Under the pieces are notes generated by a model. The model saw only the letters and a program-made list of their open reading frames with translations, was not told where the DNA came from and ran no database searches. Below, piece after piece: positions 7,510 through 17,810 of a stretch of DNA of 64,000 nt. The stretch lies in the IMG/VR virus record IMGVR_UViG_3300032323_000716, positions 1 to 64,000 of that record. One strand, written 5' to 3'. The DNA comes from a virus. Numbering within the stretch: position 1 is the first letter of the stretch; the number at the start of each line of letters is the position of its first letter. The position numbers and the translations under genes were made by a program.

Positions 7510-9216
7510 ATGAGTTGGAAAAAATATTTTACGCCTGTACAGGTCAATAGTGAAAAAAGGTCGATGAGCCCAATCAGCGGCGGCGGTCGTCCCGGTCCTG
7601 CTCGCGCCAACTATTCGAGTTTCTTACCAGACGTATATGCTGGCGCACCAAATCGTATTGAACGTTATATGCAGTACGATACTATGGATATGGATTCGGA
7701 AGTTAATGCTGCTTTAGACATTTTAACAGAATTTTGTACGCAGAAAGACAAAGAAAATGCCACACCATTCCATACTTTCTTTAGAGGACAACCAACTTCT
7801 ACTGAAGTTAAATTAATCAAAGAGAGTCTACAGAAGTGGAGTAAACAACAGCAGTTTGAAACTAGAATATTTAGAATAGTCCGCAATTCTTTCAAATATG
7901 GCGATTGTTTTTTCATTAGAGATCCGCAAACATTAAAATGGTTGCATGTAGATGCCTCTAAAGTTTCAAAAATTATTGTTAATGAATCTGAAGGTAAGAT
8001 TCCTGAACAGTATACAGTTAGAGATATTAATTTTAACTTTAAAGAAATGATTGCTACAACACCACATGGCACTACTAACACAGCACCAAGTGGTACAAGT
8101 TCATACACTAGCGGTGGCGGATTTGGTAGAGGGTTTGTCGGCGATGCTGCCCGTTCACCGGGTACTAGATTCCAAAATGCTACAAATGAAATCACAGTCG
8201 ACGCTAAACATGTGGTTCATATTTCAATGTCAGAAGGTTTAGATAATAACTATCCTTTTGGTAATTCTTTGTTAGAATCAGTATTCAAAGTCTACAAGCA
8301 GAAAGAATTGCTTGAAGATGCTATTATTATCTATCGTATACAACGTGCTCCAGAAAGACGTATTTTCTATGTGGACGTAGGTAACATGCCAGCGCACATG
8401 GCTATGACATTTGTTGAACGTGTAAAAAATGAAATTCAACAAAGACGAATTCCATCATCAACAGGTGGTGGTCAGAATATGATCGATGCATCGTATAACC
8501 CACTAAGTGTAAACGAAGATTACTTTTTCCCACAGACAGCAGAAGGCCGTGGATCAAAAGTGGAAACACTGCCAGGCGGTACTAACCTAGGCGAAATTAC
8601 TGATCTACGTTACTTTACTAATAAGTTGTTCCGTGCGTTACGTATTCCAAGTTCATACTTGCCTACAGCCATAGATGAGCAGTCAAACACTATATCGGAT
8701 GGTAAAGTTGGTACTGCTTATATTCAAGAATTACGATTTAACAAATACTGCGAAAGACTGCAATCAATGATTGTAGAAGTATTTGATCTTGAATTTAAAT
8801 TATGGTTAAAGAACAACGGTATTAATATTGATTCAAGTTTATTTGAATTAAAATTTAATCCTCCACAAAACTTTGCTGCTTATCGTCAATCAGAATTAGA
8901 TACCGCTAGAGTTCAAACATTTGCATCCTTACAAGAAGTACCGTATCTTAGCAAGCGTTTCTCTATGAAGAGATTCTTAGGACTGACCCAAGAAGAGATC
9001 ACTGAAAACGAACGCCTGTGGAAAGAAGAAAACGGCGGCAAATTAAAACCTGCGTTAGATGCAGGAGCACAAATGAGATCTGCAGGCATTACCCCTGCAA
9101 ATGTACAAGGGGACATGGCAGATCAAACCGCAGAAGCACCCGCAGACATGGCTGCGGCAGCCGAGACAGGCGAGGATGCCGCTGGTGCCGAACCGCCAGC
9201 AACTCCGGCTCAATAA
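7510..9216 (+). CDS. gp20: Portal vertex protein
   Basis: T4 gp20 motifs LLEDAIIIYRIQRAPERRIFYVDVGNMP, EDYFFP..EGRGSKVETLPGG and LFRALRIPSSYL. Confidence 0.95.
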   Translation: MSWKKYFTPVQVNSEKRSMSPISGGGRPGPARANYSSFLPDVYAGAPNRIERYMQYDTMDMDSEVNAALDILTEFCTQKDKENATPFHTFFRGQPTSTEVKLIKESLQKWSKQQQFETRIFRIVRNSFKYGDCFFIRDPQTLKWLHVDASKVSKIIVNESEGKIPEQYTVRDINFNFKEMIATTPHGTTNTAPSGTSSYTSGGGFGRGFVGDAARSPGTRFQNATNEITVDAKHVVHISMSEGLDNNYPFGNSLLESVFKVYKQKELLEDAIIIYRIQRAPERRIFYVDVGNMPAHMAMTFVERVKNEIQQRRIPSSTGGGQNMIDASYNPLSVNEDYFFPQTAEGRGSKVETLPGGTNLGEITDLRYFTNKLFRALRIPSSYLPTAIDEQSNTISDGKVGTAYIQELRFNKYCERLQSMIVEVFDLEFKLWLKNNGINIDSSLFELKFNPPQNFAAYRQSELDTARVQTFASLQEVPYLSKRFSMKRFLGLTQEEITENERLWKEENGGKLKPALDAGAQMRSAGITPANVQGDMADQTAEAPADMAAAAETGEDAAGAEPPATPAQ

Positions 9217-9226
9217 TAAATACACT

Positions 9227-9472
9227 ATGCTTCTACGTGAATTCTTTTATTTCAATGATAACACCAACGACTTTGCCGTTGACCGTCGCTATGACAATAG
9301 CAATGATAAATCGGTATTAAAGCGCGGTGATTCAAGAAAAACCAAACTAACTTTACGTCAAATCAATCAACTTCGTATGCAGGCCGAAGCGCATGAATAT
9401 GAAAGGGAAAGTGAACTAGAGTTTGTAAAACAAATGTACGGAACACCAGTTGAAGCACCAGCAGCCGAGTAA
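9227..9472 (+). CDS. Hypothetical protein (81 aa), start revised to 9227
   Basis: MLLREFF...KTKLTLRQINQLR...VKQMYG; ATG 4 nt after TAAATA (9217-9222); the longer ORF-track start overlaps the portal gene. Confidence 0.7.
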   Translation: MLLREFFYFNDNTNDFAVDRRYDNSNDKSVLKRGDSRKTKLTLRQINQLRMQAEAHEYERESELEFVKQMYGTPVEAPAAE

Positions 9473-10088
9473 CCCTGCATTCGTACTTGGAAACGGAACT
9501 AGCAGGCTTTCATTAAATCATAATAATTTGCTAGATAAAGGCACGGTATATGCTTGTAATGCTATGTACCGCGAATTTGAACCTCACTATCTTATAGCAG
9601 TTGACGTTAAAATGGTCAACGAAATTGTAGCATCTGGCTATCATAAATCACATAGTGTATGGACTAATCCTAATAAAGGAGTAGCCACTAAGCATTATGT
9701 GAATTTTTTTAGTCCGCACAAAGGATGGAGTTCTGGACCAACAGCATTATGGTTTGCCTGCGGTCATGGACACAGAGAAATTTATATCTTTGGTTTTGAT
9801 TATGCAGGTCAAAACGGAAAGTTTAACAACGTTTATGCGGATACCTATAACTATAAAAAGAGTTGCGATGTTGCAACTTTTCACGGAAACTGGCTCAGTC
9901 AAACAGAAAAAACTATACGTGAATACAAGCATACTAAGTTCTATAGAGTAATAAATCCTGGAGATTTTATACCAGATCAACTTGGTATACAACTGCAAAA
10001 TCTTAAACATATTACCTATGATGAATTCTCAAATAGATTTCCGGATTGTGTAAAATCTGTTGAAAATCATCAAAAAACAACTGTTTGA
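9450..10088 (+). CDS. Maf/DUF115 (CstII sialyltransferase-like) putative glycosyltransferase
   Basis: Motifs AFVLGNGTSR, ACNAMYREFEPHYLIAVD, SSGPTAL and IYIFGFD are typical of this fold. Start codon uncertain (TTG). Confidence 0.6.
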   Translation: MKHQQPSNPAFVLGNGTSRLSLNHNNLLDKGTVYACNAMYREFEPHYLIAVDVKMVNEIVASGYHKSHSVWTNPNKGVATKHYVNFFSPHKGWSSGPTALWFACGHGHREIYIFGFDYAGQNGKFNNVYADTYNYKKSCDVATFHGNWLSQTEKTIREYKHTKFYRVINPGDFIPDQLGIQLQNLKHITYDEFSNRFPDCVKSVENHQKTTV

Positions 10089-10149
10089 CACCCTTTTTTA
10101 ATCTACGTAGTAAATAAAACACAGCCTACCATCTTGAGGAGAAAATAAC

Positions 10150-11004
10150 ATGGCAGACAAATCATTGATCGAGCAAATGCTCGAGCGTTTGGTCAACGAA
10201 GACCAAGCCAAAGCAGAAGAATTATTCCACGAGTATGTTGTTGCAAAATCTCGTGAAATCTACGAAGAACTAATCGAATCAGAAATTACTGAAGAAGAAG
10301 ACGAAGACGAAGAAGAAGTCGACGAAGCAGCCAAAGACGAAGATGCTGAAGACGACAAAGTCGACGAGGCTTCCGATGAAGATAAAGATGACGAAAAAAT
10401 GGATGAAGAGTTTGAAGAAATCTCTTTAGAAGCAGACGACGAAATGGATCTAGAACCAGGTGATCCTACTGACGACCTCGCTGGTGAAATTGACGGCGAA
10501 GGCGATGAAGAAGGTGAAAAGTCTGAAGAAGAACTTTTCATGGATCTAGAGTCTATTGTTGATGAATTACAAGCCAAATTCGACGAACTAAAAGGCGACG
10601 AGGGCGGTGAAGAAGGTGGTGAAGAAGGCGAGATGGGCATGAAAGATGCTCTAGATCCAGAACTAGCCACAGTGCGTGAATATGTAGAGAAAGTTGCTCC
10701 AGCAAAAATGGGCGACAACGGTGCAAATGCCAAGTCCGTAGTTGCAGGTAAGAATGACATGGGCGGTACAACTGCTAACATTCTAAGCGGTAAGAACGGT
10801 GCGCCAGGATCAGAAACAGGCGAACTAAAAGGTTCAGGTTTGCTAAAAGGCAAGCCAACAGAAGATAATGCTGGTAATATCAATGTTCCAGGCGGCAAAG
10901 CAGGTAATGCTTTTAGCAAGAAAGAACCAGGTCATGGCGCTGAAAAGAAAGGTGCTGCTGAATCTGCTGATAACAAGCAAAGTCTTTTCCGTGGTCGTAG
11001 ATAA
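10150..11004 (+). CDS. Acidic prohead core/scaffold-like protein
   Basis: 284 aa, very Glu/Asp-rich centre; GAGGAG SD; TAAATA at 10111; lies between the portal and protease genes. Confidence 0.7.
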   Translation: MADKSLIEQMLERLVNEDQAKAEELFHEYVVAKSREIYEELIESEITEEEDEDEEEVDEAAKDEDAEDDKVDEASDEDKDDEKMDEEFEEISLEADDEMDLEPGDPTDDLAGEIDGEGDEEGEKSEEELFMDLESIVDELQAKFDELKGDEGGEEGGEEGEMGMKDALDPELATVREYVEKVAPAKMGDNGANAKSVVAGKNDMGGTTANILSGKNGAPGSETGELKGSGLLKGKPTEDNAGNINVPGGKAGNAFSKKEPGHGAEKKGAAESADNKQSLFRGRR

Positions 11005-11013
11005 TAGGACACA

Positions 11014-11646
11014 ATGGTGAAAAACTACCTATCAGAACATTTGAGTTTCGATCAGGCCAAGATTGTATTGGAGAGCGAAGAAGGACAGGGCGGCAATAAA
11101 ACGCTGCACCTGAACGGTATCTGTATCCAAGGTGATATCAGAAATCAAAACCAACGTGTTTATTCTTCTCAAGAAATTGGCAGGGCTGTCAAAACGCTCA
11201 ACGAACAGATCGCTGGTGGTTATTCAGTTCTAGGCGAAGTCGATCACCCGCAGGATTTAAAAATCAACTTAGATCGTGTTTCACACATGATTACTAAGAT
11301 GTGGATGGATGGTCCTAACGGCTACGGAAAACTTAAAATTCTCCCAACACCTATGGGCAAGTTGATTGAAACTATGCTCACGTCGGGAGTTAAGTTGGGT
11401 GTGAGCAGTAGAGGTTCAGGCGAAGTTGACAATAGCGGTAATGTGCGTGATTTTGAAATCATTACAGTAGACGTTGTTGCACAGCCTTCCGCTCCAGGCG
11501 CTTACCCAACACCAATATATGAACACTTGATGAATCAAGCAGGTGGATATAAGGCATTAAGAATAGCACAAGAAGTTCAAGGCGATACAAAGGCACAGAA
11601 ATACATAGCAGAGAGCCTGAAACGGATTATTTCAGGTCTCAACTAA
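11014..11646 (+). CDS. gp21: Prohead core protease
   Basis: NQNQRVY, LGEVDHP, VSHMI, LGVSSRGSG and DVVAQPSAPGAY match T4 gp21-type proteases. Confidence 0.93.
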   Translation: MVKNYLSEHLSFDQAKIVLESEEGQGGNKTLHLNGICIQGDIRNQNQRVYSSQEIGRAVKTLNEQIAGGYSVLGEVDHPQDLKINLDRVSHMITKMWMDGPNGYGKLKILPTPMGKLIETMLTSGVKLGVSSRGSGEVDNSGNVRDFEIITVDVVAQPSAPGAYPTPIYEHLMNQAGGYKALRIAQEVQGDTKAQKYIAESLKRIISGLN

Positions 11647-11659
11647 AAAGGAGAATCAC

Positions 11660-12751
11660 ATGCTAGATTTCGTTAAACAGTTGTTTGAAAACAATGTGAT
11701 TTCCGAGGAAATGAAATCGGAGATTGAATCTGCTTGGCAAGGTAAGATTCAAGAAAACCGCGATCAAGTTACTGCCGAACTACGTGAAGAGTTTGCACAG
11801 AAATACGAGCACGACAAGACAGCAATGGTGGAAGCCGTTGAATCAATGTTAGCAGATCGTTTGCATTCAGAGTTATCTGAATTAGCAGAAGATCGTCAGG
11901 GCCTCATTGAAGCCCGTGCAAAATATGCTAAGAAAATGAAAGATGATTCAAAAGCAATGGAAGCATTTGTTTTGAATAATCTTAAAAAAGAACTTGCAGA
12001 ACTACACGAAGATCGTAAAGCAGTTGCCAGCAATGTTACAAAATTAGAATCTTTTATTGTGGACGCACTAGCGAAAGAAATCGCAGAATTCCACACTGAC
12101 AAGAAAGACCTAGCCGAGACTAAAGTACGTTTAGTACGTGAGTCTAAGGCCAAGTTTGAACAAGTTAAGAAAGATTTTGTTGCACGTTCAGCAAAAATCA
12201 TTGAAGAAACAGTCGCAAAAGGACTACGTTCTGAGATGACTCAACTGCGTGAAGACATTGAAGCAGCTCGTAAGAATGACTTCGGTCGCAGAATTTTTGA
12301 AAGTTTTGCCAGCGAATACGCTGCGTCTCATCTAAATGAGAAATCTGAAACTGTAAAACTTCTACAAGTCGTTAAGACTAAAGAAGCAGAATTAGAAGAA
12401 GCAGCAAAAGTTGTTGCAGAAACACAAAAACTAGTAGAAAGTCGTGAACAAGAAATCCGTGTTATGAAAGACATGGCTTCTCGCAAAGAAGTAATGAATG
12501 AATTACTAGGTCCCTTAACAGGCGACAAGCGTTCAGTTATGAAAGAATTGCTAGAATCAGTTCAGACAGAAAAACTACGTGGCTCTTTCGACAAGTATCT
12601 ACCAGCCGTAATGGATGGTGGCGTACCGGCGAAGAAAGCACTCACAGAGGCTAAAGAAATTACAGGCGATAAACAGGCACTATCAATCGGCGGAGAGGAA
12701 AAAACCGCTGAAATTTTTGACATCCGCAGGCTTGCGGGACTTAAAGTTTAA
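11660..12751 (+). CDS. gp22: Prohead scaffolding protein
   Basis: 363-aa coiled coil between the protease and major capsid genes; AGGAG SD. Confidence 0.8.
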   Translation: MLDFVKQLFENNVISEEMKSEIESAWQGKIQENRDQVTAELREEFAQKYEHDKTAMVEAVESMLADRLHSELSELAEDRQGLIEARAKYAKKMKDDSKAMEAFVLNNLKKELAELHEDRKAVASNVTKLESFIVDALAKEIAEFHTDKKDLAETKVRLVRESKAKFEQVKKDFVARSAKIIEETVAKGLRSEMTQLREDIEAARKNDFGRRIFESFASEYAASHLNEKSETVKLLQVVKTKEAELEEAAKVVAETQKLVESREQEIRVMKDMASRKEVMNELLGPLTGDKRSVMKELLESVQTEKLRGSFDKYLPAVMDGGVPAKKALTEAKEITGDKQALSIGGEEKTAEIFDIRRLAGLKV

Positions 12752-12761
12752 GGAGAACTAT

Positions 12762-13931
12762 ATGTCACAACTACTCGAGTCACGCTGGTCGGAAACCAAA
12801 GAGGCACTATTAGAAGGCCTACAAGGTACTAAGCGTTCAGTAATGGCAACTACTCTTGAGAATACCCGCAAGTATCTCGCAGAAAGTGCTACTGCTGGTG
12901 CTACATCCGCCGGTAACGTTGCAACCCTAAATCGTGTGATCCTTCCAGTGATCAGACGTGTAATGCCAACAGTCATTGCTAATGAACTAGTTGGTGTACA
13001 ACCATTAACTGGCCCAGTTGGTCAGATCCACACTCTACGTGTTCGCTATGCTGATACATTCAGCGGCGGCACCGGTGGCTCTACCACAGCAGGTGAAGAG
13101 GCACTAAGCCCATTCAAAATTGCAGAAGGCTATTCTGGTGTAAACCCAGGTAAAGCCGATGCTACTGCTGCTAAAGAAGGTGTCGCAGGTAACAAACTGA
13201 ACATTCAAATCTTGAAGCAAACAGTTGAAGCCAAGACACGTAAATTGTCTGCACGTTGGACATTTGAAGCAGCACAAGATGCACAAGCACAACAAGGTAT
13301 CGACATCGAAGCAGAAATCATGGCTGCTCTAGCACAAGAAATTACTGCTGAAATCGATCAAGAAGTCCTACGTAGCTTGGCAACTCTTGCAGGTACACAA
13401 AACCAGATCGCTTACGATCAGGCTACTGTATCTGGTACAGCCACATTCGTTGGTGACGAACACGCAGCATTAGCGGTTGCTATCAACCGTGTTGCTAACG
13501 TAATCGCTCAGCGTACACGTCGTGGTGCTGGTAACTATGCAGTTGTTAGCCCATTGGCATTGACAATTCTTCAAAGTGCTACAACTTCTGCGTTCGCAAG
13601 AACAACAGAAGGCACATTCGAAGCACCTACAAACACTAAGTTTGTTGGTACATTGAACAGCGCAATGAAGATCTATGTTAATACATACGCAGAGAACGAT
13701 ACAGTTCTAGTTGGTTACAAAGGTTCTAGCGAATCTGATGCAGCAGCATTCTATTGCCCATACATTCCATTGATGAGCAGTGGTGTTGTTCTAGATCCAT
13801 CGACCTTCGAACCAGTAGTTAGTTTCATGACACGTTATGGATATGTTGAGTTAACAAACACAGCATCATCTCTAGGTAACGCGGCTGACTACCTAGGTAC
13901 TGTAACTGTTGCTAACAGTTCATTCACCTAA
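12762..13931 (+). CDS. gp23: Major capsid protein (389 aa; start revised to 12762)
   Basis: AAGGAG SD before the ATG; motifs LVGVQPLTGPVGQI, VEAKTRKLSARWTFEAAQD, AFYCPYIPL and FMTRYG; probable maturation site YLAE/S. Confidence 0.95.
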   Translation: MSQLLESRWSETKEALLEGLQGTKRSVMATTLENTRKYLAESATAGATSAGNVATLNRVILPVIRRVMPTVIANELVGVQPLTGPVGQIHTLRVRYADTFSGGTGGSTTAGEEALSPFKIAEGYSGVNPGKADATAAKEGVAGNKLNIQILKQTVEAKTRKLSARWTFEAAQDAQAQQGIDIEAEIMAALAQEITAEIDQEVLRSLATLAGTQNQIAYDQATVSGTATFVGDEHAALAVAINRVANVIAQRTRRGAGNYAVVSPLALTILQSATTSAFARTTEGTFEAPTNTKFVGTLNSAMKIYVNTYAENDTVLVGYKGSSESDAAAFYCPYIPLMSSGVVLDPSTFEPVVSFMTRYGYVELTNTASSLGNAADYLGTVTVANSSFT

Positions 13932-13960
13932 TCAAAGGTACAAACATTTTATAATGTTTC

Positions 13961-13988
13961 AAAAAGCCCCGCAAGGGGCTTTTTGTTT
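13961..13988 (+). terminator. Rho-independent terminator after the capsid gene
   Basis: AAAAAGCCCC-GCAA-GGGGCTTTTT hairpin with a U-tract. Confidence 0.85.
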
Positions 13989-14003
13989 GGCTTAAATATC
14001 TAC

Positions 14004-14273
14004 ATGAAAATAGAAAGCGACAAAGATTTTCCAGAATTAAGAAAACAATTTAATCTGTGGAGAAAACGATTTCCTATGTTCACACATGATGTCTATGCTA
14101 TAGAAAAAATTATAGAACACCACATTGTAAAATATAGCAATCATCTAGTCAAATATAGACAAACACATAGCAGATCTTATCTAGAACAGGCACAAAAAGA
14201 AATAGATGAGATAAACAGAGTCCTTGGTACAGTTGGCAAATTGGAACTAATGGCTATGCTCAGCCAAGCATAA
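14004..14273 (+). CDS. Hypothetical protein (89 aa; start revised)
   Basis: MKIESDKDF...; ATG 5 nt after TAAATA (13993-13998). Confidence 0.65.
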   Translation: MKIESDKDFPELRKQFNLWRKRFPMFTHDVYAIEKIIEHHIVKYSNHLVKYRQTHSRSYLEQAQKEIDEINRVLGTVGKLELMAMLSQA

Positions 14274-14344
14274 ATAAAGTATCTAGAATGATTTATGCGG
14301 TACCCACCGCGTAGACCTAGAACGTCAACATAAGGAGAAAACAA

Positions 14345-14776
14345 ATGGGACGTCCATTACATAAAGATATATTTGGTACATTGGTAACAAGATCATTTCA
14401 AAGTACAGAAGTTGGTATTAAAGTTGCAGGATATTTTGGTGGTACATTAAACACTGACTATCAAATCGTAAAACAACGTGGAAAAAGTACATTCGTTGTT
14501 ATGCGTCAAGCCACTGACAATTTTACAGAAGCAGAAAGTATTCCAGGTTCTATTACTGGAACAAATCTAAGAGTAGGAAAATTGGTATCCGGCACTCCGT
14601 CTGCTAACGGTGAAATTAGAATTGTAGGCTTTACACAACCATATCAAGCAGACGGCAATTCAGTTGCCATTGCTAAACTTACTAAGCGCATTGCTACAGA
14701 TTTCAGCGGAAATCGTTATAAGTGGTATCTAGAAAACGATTCTTCTACAGATGTTATTGTATTAACAGCAGTCTAA
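14345..14776 (+). CDS. Hypothetical virion structural protein (possible head decoration protein)
   Basis: 143 aa; TAAGGAG SD; TAAATA at 14271; leader hairpin at 14294-14313; close to the capsid gene. Confidence 0.6.
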   Translation: MGRPLHKDIFGTLVTRSFQSTEVGIKVAGYFGGTLNTDYQIVKQRGKSTFVVMRQATDNFTEAESIPGSITGTNLRVGKLVSGTPSANGEIRIVGFTQPYQADGNSVAIAKLTKRIATDFSGNRYKWYLENDSSTDVIVLTAV

Positions 14777-14788
14777 TAGGTAAACACA

Positions 14789-15796
14789 ATGGGTCAGTTT
14801 TTACAAGTAAACGGCGATTACAATATTAAAACCGCAGAAGGCGGTAATATAAAGTTCGACACTGGCCCAGGTGTTGGCGAAGTTCGTATCACTGGAGACT
14901 TAGTAGTCGAAGGTGATACTCTCACTGTATCCGCAGAAAATCTGCAAGTACAAGATAATATTATTACATTAAACTTTGGAGAAACTGGTGCAGGAGTAAC
15001 TGAAGGCACTAGTGGTCTCGAAGTTGATAGAGGCACATTAGATAATGCTTATCTTCTATGGCAAGAATCTGACGATTCATGGAATTTCAAAACAGGCACA
15101 GGATACAATCCTAGCAAATTAAGAGTCACTCAAATATTAACCAGCAGCGATGCGGTTAATCCGTTAACTTCTAGAGCAGGCGATTTAACTCTAATTGGAA
15201 CTGGCTCGGGTGTAGTGTCAGTCAAAGGTACAGCAAGTTATGAATTAAATGTCATCGATGATGACGATGTTCCAAATAAAAAGTATGTTGACGACGCTAT
15301 TCAAACTAATCCAACTTTCCAGGTTCTTAGAGGGGATACTCGTGTTTCAGCATTTGACGCCAGCAGTCCGTTAGATCCAGGACTATTTCCTATTGGCCCG
15401 TATGGAGTACAGCCATCGCGCAGTCAGGTTTCTGTAGTCGTTGATAATTCTATTGTTGTTGAAGTTTTTAACAATCAAGTTAAATTTGGCGGCCTTAATT
15501 TCTTCACTGAAGATCCAACAAATACTCTAAGGCCATTTAGTGCAGGCACAGTTATACAAACAGTAAACAGTGGATCAAATTTAAAGTTAGAAACTAATGA
15601 TACTGGAAGAGTAGAAATTACCTATGCTTTACAATTAGACAATCATGGATTAACACCGGGCGCCATATCTGGTACTAGCATTTTATATGCTGGCAACGTT
15701 GGTTCCGGCACTACAGGAATATATTTTACTAATTCGTCTAAAAATGGCGAGTTGATCAGTAAAAACAAAGCCTTATTGTACAGTATGATATTTTAA
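14789..15796 (+). CDS. Fibre-like virion structural protein
   Basis: 335 aa; ITGDLVVEG, DNIITLN..G.TGAG...SGLEVDRG and DVPNKKYVD are fibre-shaft-type motifs. Confidence 0.6.
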   Translation: MGQFLQVNGDYNIKTAEGGNIKFDTGPGVGEVRITGDLVVEGDTLTVSAENLQVQDNIITLNFGETGAGVTEGTSGLEVDRGTLDNAYLLWQESDDSWNFKTGTGYNPSKLRVTQILTSSDAVNPLTSRAGDLTLIGTGSGVVSVKGTASYELNVIDDDDVPNKKYVDDAIQTNPTFQVLRGDTRVSAFDASSPLDPGLFPIGPYGVQPSRSQVSVVVDNSIVVEVFNNQVKFGGLNFFTEDPTNTLRPFSAGTVIQTVNSGSNLKLETNDTGRVEITYALQLDNHGLTPGAISGTSILYAGNVGSGTTGIYFTNSSKNGELISKNKALLYSMIF

Positions 15797-15805
15797 GAGA
15801 TAAAA

Positions 15806-16165
15806 ATGATTAAGAGCACAAAATTAACTACCACAGGTGATACAGAAGTTTTTCGAGCAACTACCACAGGAGATAGTGGCGGAAGCGGAGAGCGCACAGC
15901 AGTTACTAGTATTATAGTTTGTAATACTGGAACTCCAAACTCTACAGACGAAACTGTAAACAACTGCACATTAAGTATTAATCTTGTAAGATTTGGTCAA
16001 GTGGCAAATGATACAAATACCATTGTTAAAAATCTCATAGTTCCTGCAGGCGAAACTGTGTTCTTTTCAGACGAAAAATTTATTCTAGATTCAAGAGACC
16101 AGATCTGGGCCGCAGCATCTGTAGGAAATTTATTAAGTGTAACTGTGAGTTCGTTAGAAGTATGA
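15806..16165 (+). CDS. Small beta-rich virion protein (paralogue of 18977 and 33642)
   Basis: 119 aa; AVTSIIVCN...LIVPAGET...KFILDSRDQIWA. Confidence 0.6.
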   Translation: MIKSTKLTTTGDTEVFRATTTGDSGGSGERTAVTSIIVCNTGTPNSTDETVNNCTLSINLVRFGQVANDTNTIVKNLIVPAGETVFFSDEKFILDSRDQIWAAASVGNLLSVTVSSLEV

Positions 16166-16695
16166 GATTTCTTAAACAAAAAACTATTTCTAAATATAGT
16201 CCTAGCGATAACAGTTTTATCGCAGTGGATACTCGTCCGGACGGACACACTGCAGATGGCAGCAGGGCTATCATGGATCTCACCGGCGGATTAAGACTAC
16301 CTAAAGGTACTACTAATCAACGCCCAGAAATCACAGGTTTAGGAATTAGAACTCCAAACGGTGCCAACGGTTATATTAGATACAATACTACAACTAATAG
16401 TTTAGAAGCATACATTGATAATGTTTGGGAAGTAGTACGTGCTCCTGGAGCAACTAGTATTACTAAACAAACTCTAGGCCCTGGCAATGATGTAGAAACT
16501 ACATTTGGTCCGTTAAGTCAAATACCTAGTTCAGAAAATAACATATTAGTACTTGTAGAAAACGTTTTTCAAATTTCCGATACTAACTTTAATCTAGTAG
16601 ACAACTATCTAGGTTCAGGAAATACCTATATTGTTTTTACAAGCCCAGTTCCTACAGATAAACTTATTACTATATATTTTGGTTTTGCTAATTAA
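16162..16695 (+). CDS. Virion structural protein
   Basis: 177 aa; LRLPKGTTNQRP...GYIRYNTTTNSLEAY fibre motif plus an ILVLVENVFQ baseplate-like repeat. Confidence 0.6.
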   Translation: MRFLKQKTISKYSPSDNSFIAVDTRPDGHTADGSRAIMDLTGGLRLPKGTTNQRPEITGLGIRTPNGANGYIRYNTTTNSLEAYIDNVWEVVRAPGATSITKQTLGPGNDVETTFGPLSQIPSSENNILVLVENVFQISDTNFNLVDNYLGSGNTYIVFTSPVPTDKLITIYFGFAN

Positions 16696-16703
16696 GGAGC
16701 ATT

Positions 16704-17798
16704 ATGAGCGAGAATCCCTACCTAGCACAACTTGGCCGCATAAGCGGTAAATTACTTACAGCCAACTTAGAAAGAAACGGTGCCGACCTTACTTTTAGAG
16801 GCGGCGAGTTAGACGATGATCTGTTATATCTCGATGTCAATAACATGCGAATTGGCATCAATTCAAACCCGCCAACAACAGATTTAGAAATTACCGGAGT
16901 TAGTAAAATAGCCGGTGATGTTTTAGTAACCGGAACTAGTGCAACTATTGACAACATCATAGTTGGTACTAATGGTACATTTTCAACTGTAGTCGGTCCT
17001 ATTAATATAACACCTGTAGGACCGGATGCTTATGTACAGTATAAAAGAGTGTTGACTCCTGAATTTGAAATAGAAACAAATTACATACAGGTCATATCCA
17101 CAAATCAAAATCTTGAATTAGATGCTGCAGGAACTGGTAAAATAGACATACAAAGTCCTACAGACATTGCAGGAAACTTGCAGGTAAACGGTAATATTTC
17201 TGCTACTGGAGATATACAAATAGGCGGACAGTTTTTCATTGGTGATAGTCCACTAGACACTGTAACTGTAAACCCAGATTTTCAACAAGGGTTAGTAACT
17301 GGTGCTACAAATTCCTATGATCTAGGTAGTCCTACAACACGATGGGGAGAAGTTTGGATCACAGGTATCCTAGCAGACTCTTTGGTTACTACTACACTAA
17401 CAGTAGGCGGTCAAATGACATTGACCGGCAATACTTTTACCACAGCACAAAGCAACGATGATTTATTAATTCAGCCAGATACAGGAATATACCACCTAGA
17501 AAATTTAGATATACAAGGTGGAGTAATAAACAATACTTCATTAACTAGTGATCTAATACTACAACATACAGGTGATGGGTATCTTGCATTCACGGATACT
17601 AATGCTATTCGATTGCCTTCAGGTAATAATTCTCAACGTGTGGGAATAGAAATAGGCGAAACTCGTTGGAACAACGAAGAAGGTTATCTAGAATGTTTTG
17701 ACGGTACTGTATGGCAAGTTTCTACTGGTGGCGGTGTGGTTGTAACTCCTGCTATCATGGAAGAATTAAGCCGTCGTTATACTCTCATCTTTGGTTAA
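16704..17798 (+). CDS. Fibre-like virion protein (paralogue of 17920)
   Basis: 364 aa; GRISG.LL.ANL.R.G.DL.F...LLYLDVNN.RIGIN N-terminus, YDLGSPTTRW, LPSGNNSQR. Confidence 0.65.
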   Translation: MSENPYLAQLGRISGKLLTANLERNGADLTFRGGELDDDLLYLDVNNMRIGINSNPPTTDLEITGVSKIAGDVLVTGTSATIDNIIVGTNGTFSTVVGPINITPVGPDAYVQYKRVLTPEFEIETNYIQVISTNQNLELDAAGTGKIDIQSPTDIAGNLQVNGNISATGDIQIGGQFFIGDSPLDTVTVNPDFQQGLVTGATNSYDLGSPTTRWGEVWITGILADSLVTTTLTVGGQMTLTGNTFTTAQSNDDLLIQPDTGIYHLENLDIQGGVINNTSLTSDLILQHTGDGYLAFTDTNAIRLPSGNNSQRVGIEIGETRWNNEEGYLECFDGTVWQVSTGGGVVVTPAIMEELSRRYTLIFG

Positions 17799-17810
17799 AT
17801 TCTCAATCGA

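Noticed and set aside
12615-12761. N-terminal extensions in the ORF track (also those starting at 9101, 13983, 49402, 52164, 52304, 54105, 59681 and 60117)
   Set aside because: They overlap neighbouring genes, terminators or promoters; SD or promoter-box positions and protein motifs support the downstream ATGs.
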